From NCBI GenBank assembly GCA_004764695.1, contig SMSO01000033.1:1054001-1118000 (forward strand): a DNA stretch of 64,000 nt. Direction: 5' to 3'. Position 1 is the stretch's first letter. The number at the start of each line of letters is the position of its first letter. The position numbers and the translations under genes were made by a program. A model generated the notes under the pieces. The model saw only the letters and a program-made list of their open reading frames with translations, was not told where the DNA came from and ran no database searches. Positions 37,000 through 49,300 of the stretch are shown in pieces. This stretch comes from Schizochytrium sp. TIO01 (taxonomy: Eukaryota; Protista; Bigyra: Labyrinthulomycetes).

Positions 37000-39900
37000 T
37001 TAGCGGTAAGGGTTTGTCTGTAAGGTAGGGCGTGCCCAGGGTCTTGCCAAGTATGGACTGGTCTTGGGATTACTACTGTTCAGCTTGACCGGAGGTAAAT
37101 CTGGACGGGGAAATGGCGGACCAACAATCTTGATGCGGGGCTCATCATCACCAGGATCTGCTGGATCTTGCGGCATCGCATGAGCATCGTGAGCTTGTAA
37201 AAATGAGGCTCGCACTCGTGGCAACCCTTGGCCAGAACCCACCGCAAGGTTCAGGTCACGAATTTTGACATGAAGGTCGGGCCCAAAAGGGTTTGCTGCA
37301 GCAGTGATTTGTAGACTTCGCCGATGCTTGTGGCTGGTGTGCAAGCACCGTAAAATGGCTACTGCACCTTGTGTAGTAATCAAATTTGCATCAAGAATGA
37401 GAAACTGCAGGCCGCGCGCTCCCTTAAGTGTTGCATGGCGAATGGCATACGCCAACTTGGATGCACCTTCACTTCCTATGTGATTGTCACCAAGGTCAAT
37501 GTCTTGTAGTGTTTCATTGCGTGGGAAAATTGCTCCAAGCGCTGCTGCTCCTGCGTCGCGAATCCGATTCTGCTCTAGATGCAGCCTTTTAAGCTTTGTA
37601 TTAAGCTCTAAGCCTTCCACGAGCGCGATGACTGCCGTGTCCCCGAGACCAGTGTTTCGTAAACTAATTTCTTCAAGGTGGCTATATCTTCCAAAGAAAA
37701 AATCTCCAACAGTTTTCATCAAAGGCATAACCCCCTCGTCTTGAAGTTTTGGCTGGTCATTGATCATAAGTCTCCGAAAACGGAAATTATGACAACGCAT
37801 TGTCTCTGCAAGCTCTGTAGTCCCCTGAACTCCCAAGTCTGAGCCTACACCAAAGCCAATTTCAGTCACAGAGTCATTCTCTCGCAGGATCTCTGCAATA
37901 CCGCCCATTCCTGCTGGACCGAGGGGAAAGTTCTGAGTCCAGATACACTCTGCTTGCCTTTTGTGAGCCAAAAGCCAGCTTCGGAGCATCTCTCCTGCGG
38001 CGTGTTTATCTTTAAATTGTTCTTGAAAGAATGCGTTGACAAAGACTTGCGCAGACCTTCCCTCAGCTTTAGGTGGGTTTTGAGTTGATCTATGAGAGTC
38101 GTCAGTCTCAATCTCATCACAATCAACCGATCGTTTTCGATTTTGTTGATCAACAGCTGCAACCGGTGTCACCTTTATGAATCCCTCATGCTTACTAACT
38201 GCCGAATCAACGTTGTCTTTTTCTGCTGCTGTAGAAGGTGCAGAACCGGGCCTTTCTGCATGGTGTGATTTCTCCTTTCCCTCGTGCTCTGCGGTAGTCT
38301 GTGCTGAAGACGGCCGTGGGGTCTCATGTGATGCACTTAAAGCAGATTGATCTTGAGGAGCGAAGGATGACTTTCGCTCACTCTGCTTTGATGCATTCTG
38401 AAGAGCAATTTGTGATGCTGGTAGGTGCACCGACAGGTATTCAAGTACTGATGCAAAAGGGGACTTGGTTTCTTGGTGCAATTTGCGATAGCGTCCAATT
38501 CCGCGCTTAAAGCCTGGAAATGATTTGCGACAGAGGTAAGCTCTGAATGAGGTCTGAATTTTTGTAATTGAGACAACTCGCAAGTTTTTGTACCATTTCC
38601 GCTTTGCATAACCGCGAGCGATCTTTTGCATTTCTCTAGCTCCTCGAAAGCGATCAAGATTGTATCGGAATGATTTTCGTGCCTGCGCACCACGCCACAC
38701 ACGTTGAATATTACGAGCCGCATCACGGCGCTTTTTAGCCACAGCTGCCCGTTTTCGCCCTTTCCAACCACGGCACACTTTTTGCATTTGGGTTGCACCA
38801 CGTGCTCGCATTCTCTCCATGTAGGTTCGTCGCAAGTATGCAAGTTCTTTTCGAGCAAAAAAGGATCGCACTGCACACTGTATAGTGCGAGAAGCATGAA
38901 ATGCTATTCGCCGGCGCAGGAGCTCCCTTCTAGCACTGTAGCACCGCCAAGACCTTTGTAGTGTCTCTGCAGAAGCAGTTTCAAGTAGAAATCGCTGATA
39001 TGCCGCCCACTCAGCCGCAAGTTGTTCCCTTCTTCGCTGAGCTTTCGTACGCCCTTGTACACCACGAGCAACTGTGCGTTGAATTTCTATAGCCGCAGCT
39101 TTCCTTCGCGCTCTTTCAATCAAGACACGTTCTTTGTGAGCTGCAGCATAACGTCTTCCCCAACGACCTCGGATGATTGCTTGAACCTTGGTGATTGTAG
39201 ATTCTTCAAGAGCAATGTGGGCTCCCCACCCTGCGGGATCCCATAACCCTAGCTTGCAACGAATCTCCAAATCAAAGGGACGCATGTAATATACAGTAGC
39301 AAGAGCTTGAACTGCAGGCTCAGCCTCGCCCATAAGGAAACTTAGCTCTGAGAATTGTATCCAAAGGTTTGGGTCCTGTTGCCCACTCTCTGTCCAAAGT
39401 GCCTTTGTAAAGAAATCGAGTGAAAAAACAAGGTCAGCAGCCGTCTTACAGCGATCTGCAATTTCGGTCCACGTGTCTGGGTCATTTTTCCACTCTGTAA
39501 AAGATACGTGTTTGATTGGGCGCTGTTGGCCCACCATCAAGGCCAGTTCAAATTGAGGTTGGCCATTGTCTGGATTTGCAGTTCGTGGTTCATTCCCATT
39601 GTCATCGTCTTCGACAGACTTTACCCGGCCTGCTTCCCGAGCTTTCTTATAAGCGTGTTTCAGTGCCTCTTTAGACATGCGTTTTCCATCTGATGTCCCG
39701 GTGTACTCATAACAAACGCTAAGCATCAGCAAAACATCTGTTTCATCGTATGGTGCTGGTGGATAATCCATGAGATCCTGAAGCAAGCTCAGACATTCTT
39801 CCACAAGATCGCATCTTCGATAGGCCTGGGCAGCTTTCAGACGGACATTTGTTCCTTCGACATACGTGGGATATTCAAGAAAAAAGCTCTGGTATTTGTC

Positions 39901-40209
39901 TGCACTACTTTTATATTCGCCTAAGAACCCAAGAATTTCACATTCCAGGAGACCCAACGCGACTGCAGTCTTGGGTTTTGCATGCTTTTGACCTTCCACG
40001 GCTGCATCGCGAGCCCGAAAGAGGCCATCTCTTACGAAGTTCTCGCGATAGAGTCCAAGTTCTGCCTGCGTCACTGCCTTATAGTACAAGCTTGAGCGAG
40101 GCGCGTTGGCGGGCAAGGTACTGAGTTCTGCAAGAGCATCAGAAAAACGCCCTTCAACTATTGCATTTGCTGCGCTTCTAACAAGTGCCTTTGTATCGGG
40201 CAAGCTCAT
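37000..40209 (-). CDS. TPR-like + multiple IQ motif + RI-like LRR protein (~1070 aa)
   Basis: N-terminal helical TPR-like repeats. About 8 IQ motifs (e.g. IQRVWRGAQARK, IQTSFRAYLCRK). C-terminal LxxLxLxxNxIxDxG repeats. First ATG is at 40209; the ORF track starts at TTG 40242. Confidence 0.85.
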   Translation of the reverse strand: MSLPDTKALVRSAANAIVEGRFSDALAELSTLPANAPRSSLYYKAVTQAELGLYRENFVRDGLFRARDAAVEGQKHAKPKTAVALGLLECEILGFLGEYKSSADKYQSFFLEYPTYVEGTNVRLKAAQAYRRCDLVEECLSLLQDLMDYPPAPYDETDVLLMLSVCYEYTGTSDGKRMSKEALKHAYKKAREAGRVKSVEDDDNGNEPRTANPDNGQPQFELALMVGQQRPIKHVSFTEWKNDPDTWTEIADRCKTAADLVFSLDFFTKALWTESGQQDPNLWIQFSELSFLMGEAEPAVQALATVYYMRPFDLEIRCKLGLWDPAGWGAHIALEESTITKVQAIIRGRWGRRYAAAHKERVLIERARRKAAAIEIQRTVARGVQGRTKAQRRREQLAAEWAAYQRFLLETASAETLQRSWRCYSARRELLRRRIAFHASRTIQCAVRSFFARKELAYLRRTYMERMRARGATQMQKVCRGWKGRKRAAVAKKRRDAARNIQRVWRGAQARKSFRYNLDRFRGAREMQKIARGYAKRKWYKNLRVVSITKIQTSFRAYLCRKSFPGFKRGIGRYRKLHQETKSPFASVLEYLSVHLPASQIALQNASKQSERKSSFAPQDQSALSASHETPRPSSAQTTAEHEGKEKSHHAERPGSAPSTAAEKDNVDSAVSKHEGFIKVTPVAAVDQQNRKRSVDCDEIETDDSHRSTQNPPKAEGRSAQVFVNAFFQEQFKDKHAAGEMLRSWLLAHKRQAECIWTQNFPLGPAGMGGIAEILRENDSVTEIGFGVGSDLGVQGTTELAETMRCHNFRFRRLMINDQPKLQDEGVMPLMKTVGDFFFGRYSHLEEISLRNTGLGDTAVIALVEGLELNTKLKRLHLEQNRIRDAGAAALGAIFPRNETLQDIDLGDNHIGSEGASKLAYAIRHATLKGARGLQFLILDANLITTQGAVAILRCLHTSHKHRRSLQITAAANPFGPDLHVKIRDLNLAVGSGQGLPRVRASFLQAHDAHAMPQDPADPGDDEPRIKIVGPPFPRPDLPPVKLNSSNPKTSPYLARPWARPTLQTNPYR

Positions 40210-40934
40210 GGCTGCGCTATATCTCAGATGAGCGCTTGCCAAAGCGTCGCGACCCTCCGTCGCGCAAGTTTCTGCGCCATTGCACCAGAGACAGCTCTCA
40301 ACTCAAAAGACTTGAAATTCGGGCGCGTACTTCAAAGTTCGCAGGCAAGATATAAGGTGTGCACTATTAGGTGTTCTATGACCTAGGAACAATAACACCA
40401 GAAAAATAGATGGAGAAGAAAAGGGCCACTCAGGGAAGATAATTTATGATAAGTCTCACTAGTTACTAGCTGATTTCCCATCATTTCATTAATCTGGGTT
40501 TACAAATGAATAAAGTTAGAATATATCACGCGTATCCTCTGATCTGAACATCATTGGGTGCTTACCAAGATTCTGTAGAGTCATAAACGGTGTCTGAAGG
40601 ACAAAGTCTACAAGAGATGATTAAGATCAGATTCAAGCTCTTACTAGTCTCTAAGAATAAATTCGAGTATGAATATATATATATATATATATAACTAAGG
40701 TGAGAATTCAAGCAAAAAACATTTATATCTTAGTTATGTGCTGTCCTAAACTTTGCATTGTGCAGGTGAAACATTTGTTTCCTGAATTGCCTTAGTAGAA
40801 CATCCATGGTTGAAAAACATTAGTTCACTTATGGGTTTCAATCAACTCGAGCAAAGAAAGAATGGGTAATATACAACGTTTCATAGTTATAAAAGGAAGT
40901 TATAACGGAGTCGATTTTTATAAGCTAGCGATGA

Positions 40935-42710
40935 TCAAATTACACCTACTTCAGGTCGCGCATGAAGTGGCTCTCCATGCTTTGTTTGATTGATTGGTGC
41001 ATGGTAAATCTCAGCCACTTCAGGGTTATTAGTCCATACTGATTTATTTAAATCGGAATCTTCAAGGTCGGCTTCTTCGAGAAGAGGGGCGTTAAAAGTA
41101 GAAACTCGCAAAGTCATTGCTAGAATTGCACCCAACAGGAAAACGCCTGCAAATACAAAGCAGGTTACATTAAACCCTATCCGGTCAAGGGATGCAATGA
41201 CATAGGGTGCAATAATTGGTGCGAATCTATGATGAGCTTGGCAAACGCCGAAAGCAGTTACTCTGACCGCCGTTGGAAAAGCCTCTGGGGTATAGAGATA
41301 CAATGTCATAATAATGACTTGCTCTGTAAACTGAATGAAAAAGGCTAATGTGTACAGAGCAGGAAGGGATGCGTATGCAAAGAATCCTAGCAGTAAGAGG
41401 GCGAGCGCACTCAGTACAAAGCCAACACGCATCTGAATTCGCCGTCCGTAATGCCGAACCATAAACACTTGCAAAAGTGTACCCAAGAGGATTCCAGATG
41501 CTTGCACTAAGGCGATATTATAGACAATATTTTTGGTGAGTTGAAAGTGTTCCCTACCATGAATAGGGATCCAGCTGCTCAGAACACTGGCAAAAGCATT
41601 GAGAAACCAGCATCCGGAAAGAGGTATGAGCGTCACGAGGATAGGCTTGCGGAGAAGTCCCATAAAACCAAAGCAGTTGCGCCAGGTGGGAATCCGGTGG
41701 ATAGGCTCATGATGTAGTACATTGAGTGTTGCTGCATTAAAATAGTGGGGTAGGCGCTTGCCATTCACCATCGCAACGTAGTCAAGACTCCTAACACATT
41801 CAAAGTACTGGTGGCGCATGATGAAGAAACGGGGAGATTCGGGTACGAAATAGAGCATACAAATAACAGGAATTGACATGAAGGCAGCAATGCGCAGCAA
41901 CCAACGCCAGCCGAGTGTTGGTACCACAGCAAGAGATATCGCAGCAATGAGGAGAGCGCCAATGCCAAAACCTACACCACACCACATGGTATATACTCCT
42001 CGCTCATGGTGAGCAAGGTATTCTACCAGCAGTGTGGTGGAAGTGACGAGGTTCCCTCCATAACCGAAACCAAGGCACATGCGCAAGAGTGCAAGTGAGA
42101 CAATACTGTTTGCAAAGGACGAGAGGAATCCAAAAAGGGCACACGTGACGAGGCTTGCGAACAAAGTCTTTTTTCGACCAACGACATCAGAAAGCTTACC
42201 AATGCTTAGGGCTCCAAAAAGCATGCCTATATTGGTTAGTGAAGGTACAATAGCAAGGCCTTTTTCATCTAAATTAAACTCAGCCATGAGACTTGGATAC
42301 AACAAACCCATCATGGTGGTTTCAGCTGCATCGACAAAGTTGGTAAGCGCGCAAAGTACTGTGAGCAGGAGCTGGAATCGGCCCGTAATTTCTGTCAGTG
42401 CCTTATCAAGAAGTCTGTATCCATAATCTGCTTGATGTACATCCCCTGTGGCAGTTCGTGTGCTATTTGTATAAAATGAGGAGGATGTATCTTGGCTCTC
42501 TGCGAATATTAAATCACGAACGCGTCTTGCTCCAATATCATGAATCGTACTGTGAACGTCTGATTCGGCGGATGTTTCTCCATTTGACCCCTGTCTATGA
42601 TGGCTCCGGTTCTCTTCGCCCGCGAGGAGGCCGTTTGCCTCGTCGTGGTCCACGCCGTACGCATCGGAGTTGGCGTGGTGATGCCTGTAGCTGCTGCTGC
42701 CACGTTGCAT
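40935..42710 (-). CDS. MFS transporter, SV2/SVOP-like
   Basis: GRFQ before TM1, motif A GKLSDVVGRKK, PESPRF, YLYTPEAFPTAVR; about 12 hydrophobic segments. Confidence 0.9.
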   Translation of the reverse strand: MQRGSSSYRHHHANSDAYGVDHDEANGLLAGEENRSHHRQGSNGETSAESDVHSTIHDIGARRVRDLIFAESQDTSSSFYTNSTRTATGDVHQADYGYRLLDKALTEITGRFQLLLTVLCALTNFVDAAETTMMGLLYPSLMAEFNLDEKGLAIVPSLTNIGMLFGALSIGKLSDVVGRKKTLFASLVTCALFGFLSSFANSIVSLALLRMCLGFGYGGNLVTSTTLLVEYLAHHERGVYTMWCGVGFGIGALLIAAISLAVVPTLGWRWLLRIAAFMSIPVICMLYFVPESPRFFIMRHQYFECVRSLDYVAMVNGKRLPHYFNAATLNVLHHEPIHRIPTWRNCFGFMGLLRKPILVTLIPLSGCWFLNAFASVLSSWIPIHGREHFQLTKNIVYNIALVQASGILLGTLLQVFMVRHYGRRIQMRVGFVLSALALLLLGFFAYASLPALYTLAFFIQFTEQVIIMTLYLYTPEAFPTAVRVTAFGVCQAHHRFAPIIAPYVIASLDRIGFNVTCFVFAGVFLLGAILAMTLRVSTFNAPLLEEADLEDSDLNKSVWTNNPEVAEIYHAPINQTKHGEPLHARPEVGVI

Positions 42711-45700
42711 TTTTACCGCCGGGCAAGATATAGAGGAAGACGGAGGATTGATCTAGCACTAAGATAGATTAGGCAGCGCAAGCTCCGTTGCACTCTGCTG
42801 CCCTACGTGGGCTCTGGCGTGCGTCGCCGGGGACCCCAAACCTCGAAAAGCGCATCAGGTTTTCCTCCCAACATTTGTCAATGAGTTATACGCTGTTCCT
42901 AAACAGGACTATTTTTGGCCCTCAAGTGAATTATAGAGAAATGCAAAGTGAGTTATAGATCCTAGATACAAAACCTAATCCAGCATGCGTTCTGGAGTTT
43001 TGGACGGAGGAGGGTTTTCGTACAAGTGTCTAAAAATCAAGGTGCTTACCTACCCCCGTGTGGGCCAAAGTGTCCCAGCTCAATTCCCCACGCAAGCTTG
43101 GGACTCGGGGAGTTCTTACGAGTCTTCGCAGTTTTGCCGAACCGCATGTTGATCTATTGGTGTCGGTAAATTAGGAGATCTCATAGGATTCCCCGAAGGC
43201 TGGTCCAGGTCGCCAGATTTCACATTTGATTTCATGGTAAAAAGATCAAAAAGTGAAAAGCGTTTTCAGGAGCTAAACATATTTTTAATTTATTTTTTAT
43301 ATTAAAACTTAAAAAACTTATTAGTTTTTTTAAAAAATAATTTTTTATTTATTAAAAAGGTGCATATATTTATTTCTAATTAAACATGATTTTCAACTTC
43401 TCTTTTACAAAAGATTGTTCTTTCTATTTTAAACTATTAAAGAAAAAGAATCTACACTACTACTCTTCGACCTCAAGCTCAGAATCTCTGAGCTGGTTTC
43501 TTCCGCAAGATTAAGCCCCCAAAGAACCTCAGTGCCTCTTCAAATCCTCAGCATCGCAACCGTCACCATCTCATGCGATTAAAATCAGCAAATTTCTCCA
43601 CATCTTGCGTATCTATCTTGCTGCCACACAATTAAAACTAACACTGAAAACATGTTTAGGCTGGTACTACCTTGATTTATCAAAATAAATCTCTTTCTGA
43701 AGTTCATGGTTGTTCTACCACCCTCCTTTTCTGCACGTGTTCCAAAAGCGGGAGCTTCCATAAAAGCCATGTTGCTTTTTGAACTTTTTCAACTTTTTGA
43801 ACTTTGCCACCTGTCTCGTAAAAAGGCCGTTCTCGCGACGTCATCACTTCGCAGATCGATGAGTTCGCGCCGCCACCTTCGAGTCCTGCCCTGCTTGCTC
43901 GCTACAGCATCTCCAGGAACCACCACGCCTCAGGTTGGTTTCGAGAGCGTTGCCTTCAGCCCGCGTTCAGGTTCAAGGTTGGCTATTATCATAGTTTGGG
44001 CGGGAAGAATGTTCTGTGGGATGCCTGGGATGATACGAGGTTTAATTGCGCGTATGCGACTACGCTGTACCTACGCAGAAGTGAAAGCCCTATTTACTCC
44101 ATTGTCTGCTTGCTATCTATGGGACTGGAATTCATCCTTTGTGCTCTTGAGAGTGCTTATTTACTTATGGAACTGTGAAGATCAATCAATTTGAGAAGAT
44201 GCGGAATGGAATCAATCAGATCAGTGAGAGAATGTCCACAACTTGAATACATCGATTTCGTCTCTCGTAAACTCTGGACGTCATACCACTCTCTGAGGTC
44301 AGCTCAAACCGGCAGAATAAAACCGCCAGATCTGCATAAAAGTCAGAATGGTCAAACTTCGGCTCCCAATAGCCAATCAGTCGAACGCAGGCACCTGCGA
44401 CGAACACAATAATTGGTCCTTTTCTCGCTTCGATGATTTTGTTTTATTCCATTCCATTTTCAGGAGCCGCTGTTTTCGTGACAGGTTGATGTCCACTCCG
44501 AGTTAGGTGCGGCTGTCCCAAATGTAACTCGATCTGGCCCAAATGTGATTTCAAAGCCTTCAAGGCCCTCTCTCGTGTGTCATGTCATTTGTGTATCTTT
44601 TTGCGTGCTGTCACTCGTCAGCCCTCAGGCCTTCTTCGTCCAAGATATCTTCCACGCCCGTGTTGATCAATGGTTCTTGGCTGCTGCACCTTCTCGCCGT
44701 ACTCCCGTGAGCGTACGTATGCTCTCCTCTCATCAAATAACATCTCGAACAGTGCTTCCTATCATACGAATTTACTGACTGCTAAAAGGAAAGAAAGGCG
44801 GCAGTCTCAGTCTTTACCCTAGCTGGCGCTTAGGCCCGCTCCCTTTTCAAAATTCGCTGCTTCAGGTAGAACAGGACTTACTTTCTGCGGAGGACTTTTG
44901 CATCGACAGCGCTCTCTGAGAACGAAGCTTTCGCTAACGATTCGCGAGAAGTGGAATCACTCCGAGACCAAATCGAAGTGACGTGCGTGCTCGGGTTCAT
45001 GCTAGCCTCTTAACAGCCTCCCCGTTGCTCTGTACCTGTCTGCGGCCACCTTCAAGTTGCTCGACGGATGCTTTGCGCTCCGGCCTCTGCGCCGTTGCGG
45101 CCAGTTCATCCGCCTCCCGCGCCTCTCTCTCACTGTTGCTTTCTACGTTAGCAAATTTTCACTGCTTTTCACGAATCTATCTCAACGTTATCTCTCCCTC
45201 ACTCACGCGTCATTTTAAACAAACAAGCAAACAAGCAAACAAACAAACAAACGAAATCATCGTAGAGTTTGTTGAGTTCACAGAAACCTCTTCGATCACT
45301 ACCCTATTTGATGAACCAATTCGAGCAAGCAAGTAATCAATCAATCGATCTTTCTATCATCACAGAAAGACAGCGGGCAAAAGGAAACGGGAAAAGGAGC
45401 TAGCTGCAGGACCATATTTCGTGGCAATTGCAAAGCTCAGTTTACGAAGTACCTATAAAAAACCCTACTTACTCCATGCTACATTCTCTCTGTGCCTTCA
45501 CAGGCGGCGGCCTTCTTCAACTTGAAGGCGTTGAAAAGCCAAGCAGCAAACTCGAGGAGGACCCGTATGTATCATTTCAATTCGGCCATCTTCTGCTCAG
45601 AGCACTCAGGTCACGCAGAAGCAGCCGCTCTGTTCCACGCTCCGCCGCCATCAGCGGCGCTTTCGCCCTCTTGCGGCAGCCATCCCTTTTGGCTCTCATT

Positions 45701-45775
45701 ATTCCCGACTCAGAGACACCTTTACTGTAGAAGACGCACCGCGATTTCCTCTTTCTCTCCTTTCAACCTGTAAAA

Positions 45776-46022
45776 GCTTAAATTAAGATTGTTTTTAATT
45801 AAAAATAAGTAAACACTGCAAACTAAAATCTAAAACCTGAAAGAACCCTCTCTCTGCCCGCTTAAATTAAGATTGTTTTTAATTAAAAATAAGTAAACAC
45901 TGCAAACTAAAATCTAAAACCTGAAAGAACCCTCTCTCTGCCCGCTTAAATTAAGATTGTTTTTAATTAAAAATAAGTAAACACTGCAAACTAAAATCTA
46001 AAACCTGAAAGAACCCTCTCTC
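45776..46022. repeat. 84-bp minisatellite, about 2.9 perfect copies
   Basis: Unit gcttaaattaagattg...gaaccctctctctgccc starts at 45776, 45860 and 45944. Confidence 0.95.
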
Positions 46023-46042
46023 GACCTCGTTGATAACGAATG

Positions 46043-46160
46043 AAGCAAAGCAAAGCAAAGCAAAGCAAAGCAAAGCAAGCAAAGCAAAGCAAAGCAAAGC
46101 AAAGCCAAAGCAAAGCAAGCAAAGCAAAGCAAAGCAAAGCAAAGCAAAGCAAAGCAAAGC
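46043..46160. repeat. (AAAGC)n microsatellite
   Basis: Directly visible. Confidence 0.95.
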
Positions 46161-46341
46161 GAAAGAGAAGAATTTTAATTAAGTGAAAAAGCCAATTACG
46201 GCTAAAAAACAACAGAAACAAGAAACTAGCCTTCACAAACTGTATAAATGAAAACAAAAGCTAAAACCGGGTAATACGAGAAAACGTAGAGCGAGTTCGT
46301 CGTAGTCGAGAACTTCAGACGTCCATCGTCATAGATACACT

Positions 46342-46395
<54 letters not shown>

Positions 46396-49300
46396 TAGAG
46401 CTGCGAAGCGCACTCCCTTCGCTCGTGGCAGCGCGGCCCCAGGGTGGTCCCAGGCCGGCCGGACCACGCGCCGATCAGACCCACGCCGCGAGCTTGGGCT
46501 TGTTTCTGCTTCGCGGCGCCAGCTCTCGAGGGCCTCAGCCTTCTTCTTTGCTGTATCATCATTGGTGCGGAAGTTAATAGATAGTTTGTTTATTGCTCAG
46601 AGAGGCCAGCTGCTCTATTTATTGGGGTTTTAATTTAATTTTATTTTATGATTTTTATTTAAATTAATAACTTAATAAACAACTTAAAATAACTTGAGAT
46701 AGCTTAAAAATAAATAAATAAAAAGAGAAACGTCGTTTGCTTTAATTGCATGTTCATGAAAGCAGACATAAATATATGTTGAATTGATTAAATGAGAAGT
46801 TTTCTGTTAGTTTGTTTTCAAGTTGAGAGTTTAATTTGATAATTTGTCTTTCTAATTGATCATGTTGCTGCAAGCTGGACAAAAGAAAGAAAGAATGAGA
46901 GAGGAAGAAATGGCACTAAGTTTGGGGTTTTCGATTTGAAACTTTCGAGAAAGCAAAGAAGAACTGCTTCCTCTCCTCCATAGGCTCACGCGGTGTTTGC
47001 GCGTTCTTCAAGTTTCGAGCTGTACGAAAGAAACAAAGAAAGAACGAACGAAAGAAAGAACGAATAAAAGAAAGAACGAATAAAAGAAAGAACGAATAAA
47101 AGAATAAATAAAATGATTAAATGAATGGATGGATGGATGGATGGATGGATGGATAAATGGACGAAGAGGTGGCGCGAATACCTCCAAGAAAGCGCCTTCT
47201 CTCGCCAACCAACAAGCTTCGCTTCTTGCGGCCCGCAGAGCCGGCCTCGAAGGCACCCGCTCCCGCAGCCTTGCGTGCTCGCCTCTGTGCTCGACCCGTA
47301 CCTTTAAATAGCTAGCTAGCTGGTCCCACCGACGAAGCTCGGGCCGCTCTCGGGCAGGCCACGAGATCCTGGCAGCCAAGATGTGCCAAGAGCACTCAGC
47401 ATACTAATACACAGGCTTCGCCGCAGCTAAGGCACCCCTAGCACTAGTACCGCTCCCAAGGCAGCTCGGCTCCTAGTCGTGGTCAGTAGTGAGTACTCTA
47501 ACAGGTGCTACTGGGTAGATAGGAGCGAAGGAAGAAGCTCTGAAGGTCAGAAAGGAGGATCTGCCAATGCGTCATAGGCACTCACTCACTCACTCATGCG
47601 CTCACTCACTCACTCACTCACTCGTGGCTTCTGCGGGCTTCAAGAGCTTGGAGGATATATCGCTCGTGCCACAGGGCCCTCCGCCGCGCGTGGCAGCCGA
47701 GCTGGCGAAGGGTTCGCGCGAAGCCGGCCGCCGCAGCACCGAGAGCTAGAGCGTAGGGCGGTCGCCATCGGTCACGATGAGCCTGGTTCTGCTCGCTGGT
47801 CCGCTTCAGCGGGTTCGTGGTTCCATTCACCTGCGTAGCGGCAGCGCAGCGGCAAGGACTTGCCATCGAGGCCGCGGTTGGTTTGCCGTTCTTGGGTTTC
47901 CTGGCGATTGCGAGAAACTTGGAGCTGCGACGAATGAAGCGCGAAGCTCTGCCTACGCGAGCGAGGATAACCGCAGACGCGTGAGTCTGAGGTGCCGCTG
48001 CTGGCGCCTTTTGAGAAGAGAGAAATAGATATCGCTCCGCTCCGACTTCCTCGACTTGGCCGTGGAGAAAGGAGCGAGCTTGGCTTGTGATTGATTGATT
48101 GCAGGTCGCTCGCTCCCTTGCTCGCTCACCGACTCGCTCAGTCCACCAGTCCATCGTCAATCCATTACCACCCACTGACTGCAGCCTTGCCTTCGTCCAA
48201 GCTCATGAGTGCGATGAGGTAAGCGCTTCAAGTCAGCTGCGTCCCTGCAAACACCTGCCAAAGGCAATTCACGAGTCGCGGCGAGCAAGCAATATCCTCT
48301 TGCTCCATCGAAAACCTTGGCCAAAACAACCACTTGCTGTATGCCGCGGCGGCCTTCGCCACGATCGTACTGCTTTGGGCAGGTCGTTCGTTCTTCGTTC
48401 TTGGGGGCCTGAGCCCTCGGCTTCGCTGACTCCAGCGAGGAGTTTTCTTTCTTGCGGGGTGAACGTTCTCTGCGGCTTTTCAATCGCGCGAAGCAAAAAA
48501 GATTAATGAATACCAGCCGAGAAGCAGAGAAAGAAAGCAGAGACCCAAGAATACAGAAAAGGAAATGAAGAAATAGGCAGTACTACTGACTGACTAGGCC
48601 GGTCCCCTGCTACCTAAAATGAAGATGGCGATAAATCGAAAAACGTGCGTGTGATAGGGTCGCCTGGAAAGGAAGCCTCGAGGCTGGTTGCTACAGCAGC
48701 AGTACATGGCACGAGGCGCTTATGTATTGAAATAGGCAATGACAGTGGGTCCATGCGTTCAAAAGACGTGGATCTTATTGTATTTTCTGATTGAAAGGCA
48801 TCCGCAGGCTTTCGTTTTGGAGGTGGTTGTATCTTGCTTGGCTACTGCTGTGATGGGCGGCGGTTCCTAAGATCCATCTTCAAACGCACTGAGGCGTGTC
48901 TGGAGAAGAAATAAAAATAAAAATAAAAATAGAGAGACGCAAAAACAGGAAACGAAACCAAAGAGGGTACGGGGTTCTCGAAATCCAACAAGTTGGGTCA
49001 CGTTTTCACAACGGGAGGGTGTTTGGCACTATATTTGGTTTCTCATCACGAGTACCTGTAGCATTTCAAGCAACGCAGCCATTTCGATGAGTTTTTGTTT
49101 GCACCAAAATTGAGAAGAATTTATAAAATCAATCTTTCTTGTGTCCTTTTCAAGAAATATGCATGCATGTATGCATGATGCTATGCTTCCTCTTCACACG
49201 TTCTCTCAGGGGACCACAGACCTCCTAAGCTAAACACTAATCAGCAGGCAGGAGTCGTCCCTGCCCTACCTAAAAAAGAATTTTTGCAAATGCTTCAAAT

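Noticed and set aside
45776-46022. Possible CRISPR-like array
   Set aside because: Contiguous tandem copies without unique spacers; no cas genes; eukaryotic context.
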